Below, piece by piece: positions 63,624 through 64,000 of a DNA stretch of 64,000 bases (its first letter is position 1; each line of letters opens with the position of its first letter). The stretch is from Octopus bimaculoides (Eukaryota). Position numbers and translations under genes: made by a program. Where the stretch lies: the NCBI RefSeq assembly GCF_001194135.2, contig NC_068983.1:3295033-3359032 (forward strand). The letters run 5' to 3'. The notes below the pieces were generated by a model that made no database searches, had not been told where the DNA came from, and saw only the letters and a list, made by a program, of their open reading frames with translations.

Positions 63624-64000
63624 TCTATATATATAAAAATGAGAATGTGTGTGTGTGTGTCTGTCTGTCTGTCTGTCTGTCTGTGTGAATCCCTAAAACT
63701 CGAGAACTACGCAACCAATTTCATTCAAATTTTACACATGCCTTACTTAGGGTTCCAGTTGTGTTTTAGTCAAAAGAAATTATTAACTTCTTGCAGAGTT
63801 CGAGCACACGGCAACATATCTCCTCCACTATTTAAGTATTACGTGTCAAAAGTGAAACAAAAACACTCATGTCAAATACTTTCACTTTAAAAATGAAACT
63901 ATTCCACTAACTGAAACAATCACATTTCGATACTGTAGTGACAGATACTTTCACAGAGAGAGAAAGAGAGACAGAAAGAGAGAGATGCATATGTATACAT
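63624..64000 (+). mobile_element. 5' end of a non-autonomous Helitron-like element with (GT)n(GTCT)n; probably runs beyond the window
   Basis: A|TCTATATATATAAAAATGAGAATG start, then (GT)n(CTGT)n, then AACTACGCAACCAATTTCATTCAAATTTTACACATG, the typical layout of microsatellite-carrying Helitron derivatives. Confidence 0.7.

Overview
Eukaryotic, AT-rich, repeat-dominated genomic DNA. It is almost certainly octopus (inference from the tRNA-derived SINE families and the microsatellite density) and comes from a scaffolded assembly with 15 N-gaps totalling about 4.4 kb. I cannot identify a host protein-coding gene with confidence; the window behaves like a long intron or intergenic region. Supportable content: (1) dozens of SINE copies from modular families, labelled here A, B, C, E and G, in both orientations; (2) a near-full-length but dead mariner (43069-44284); (3) an internally deleted Tc1/mariner-superfamily element with TIRs and TA TSDs (27370-27937); (4) a Helitron 3' remnant with a PIF1-helicase fragment and a CTAG end (36510-37320), plus a Helitron-like non-autonomous 5' end (63624 onward); (5) remnants of restriction-like-endonuclease (R4/Dong/NeSL-type), CR1 and RTE LINEs; (6) several MITEs, including a 229-bp near-perfect hairpin and hAT-type MITEs with 8-bp TSDs; (7) many microsatellites. 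The most interesting structures are head-to-head inverted SINE pairs (candidate long dsRNA/ADAR substrates), SINE chimeras and nested insertions, and microsatellite expansion inside mobile elements. A few unique islands could hold exons, but strand and frame are unresolved. I found no convincing evidence of a novel biological system.
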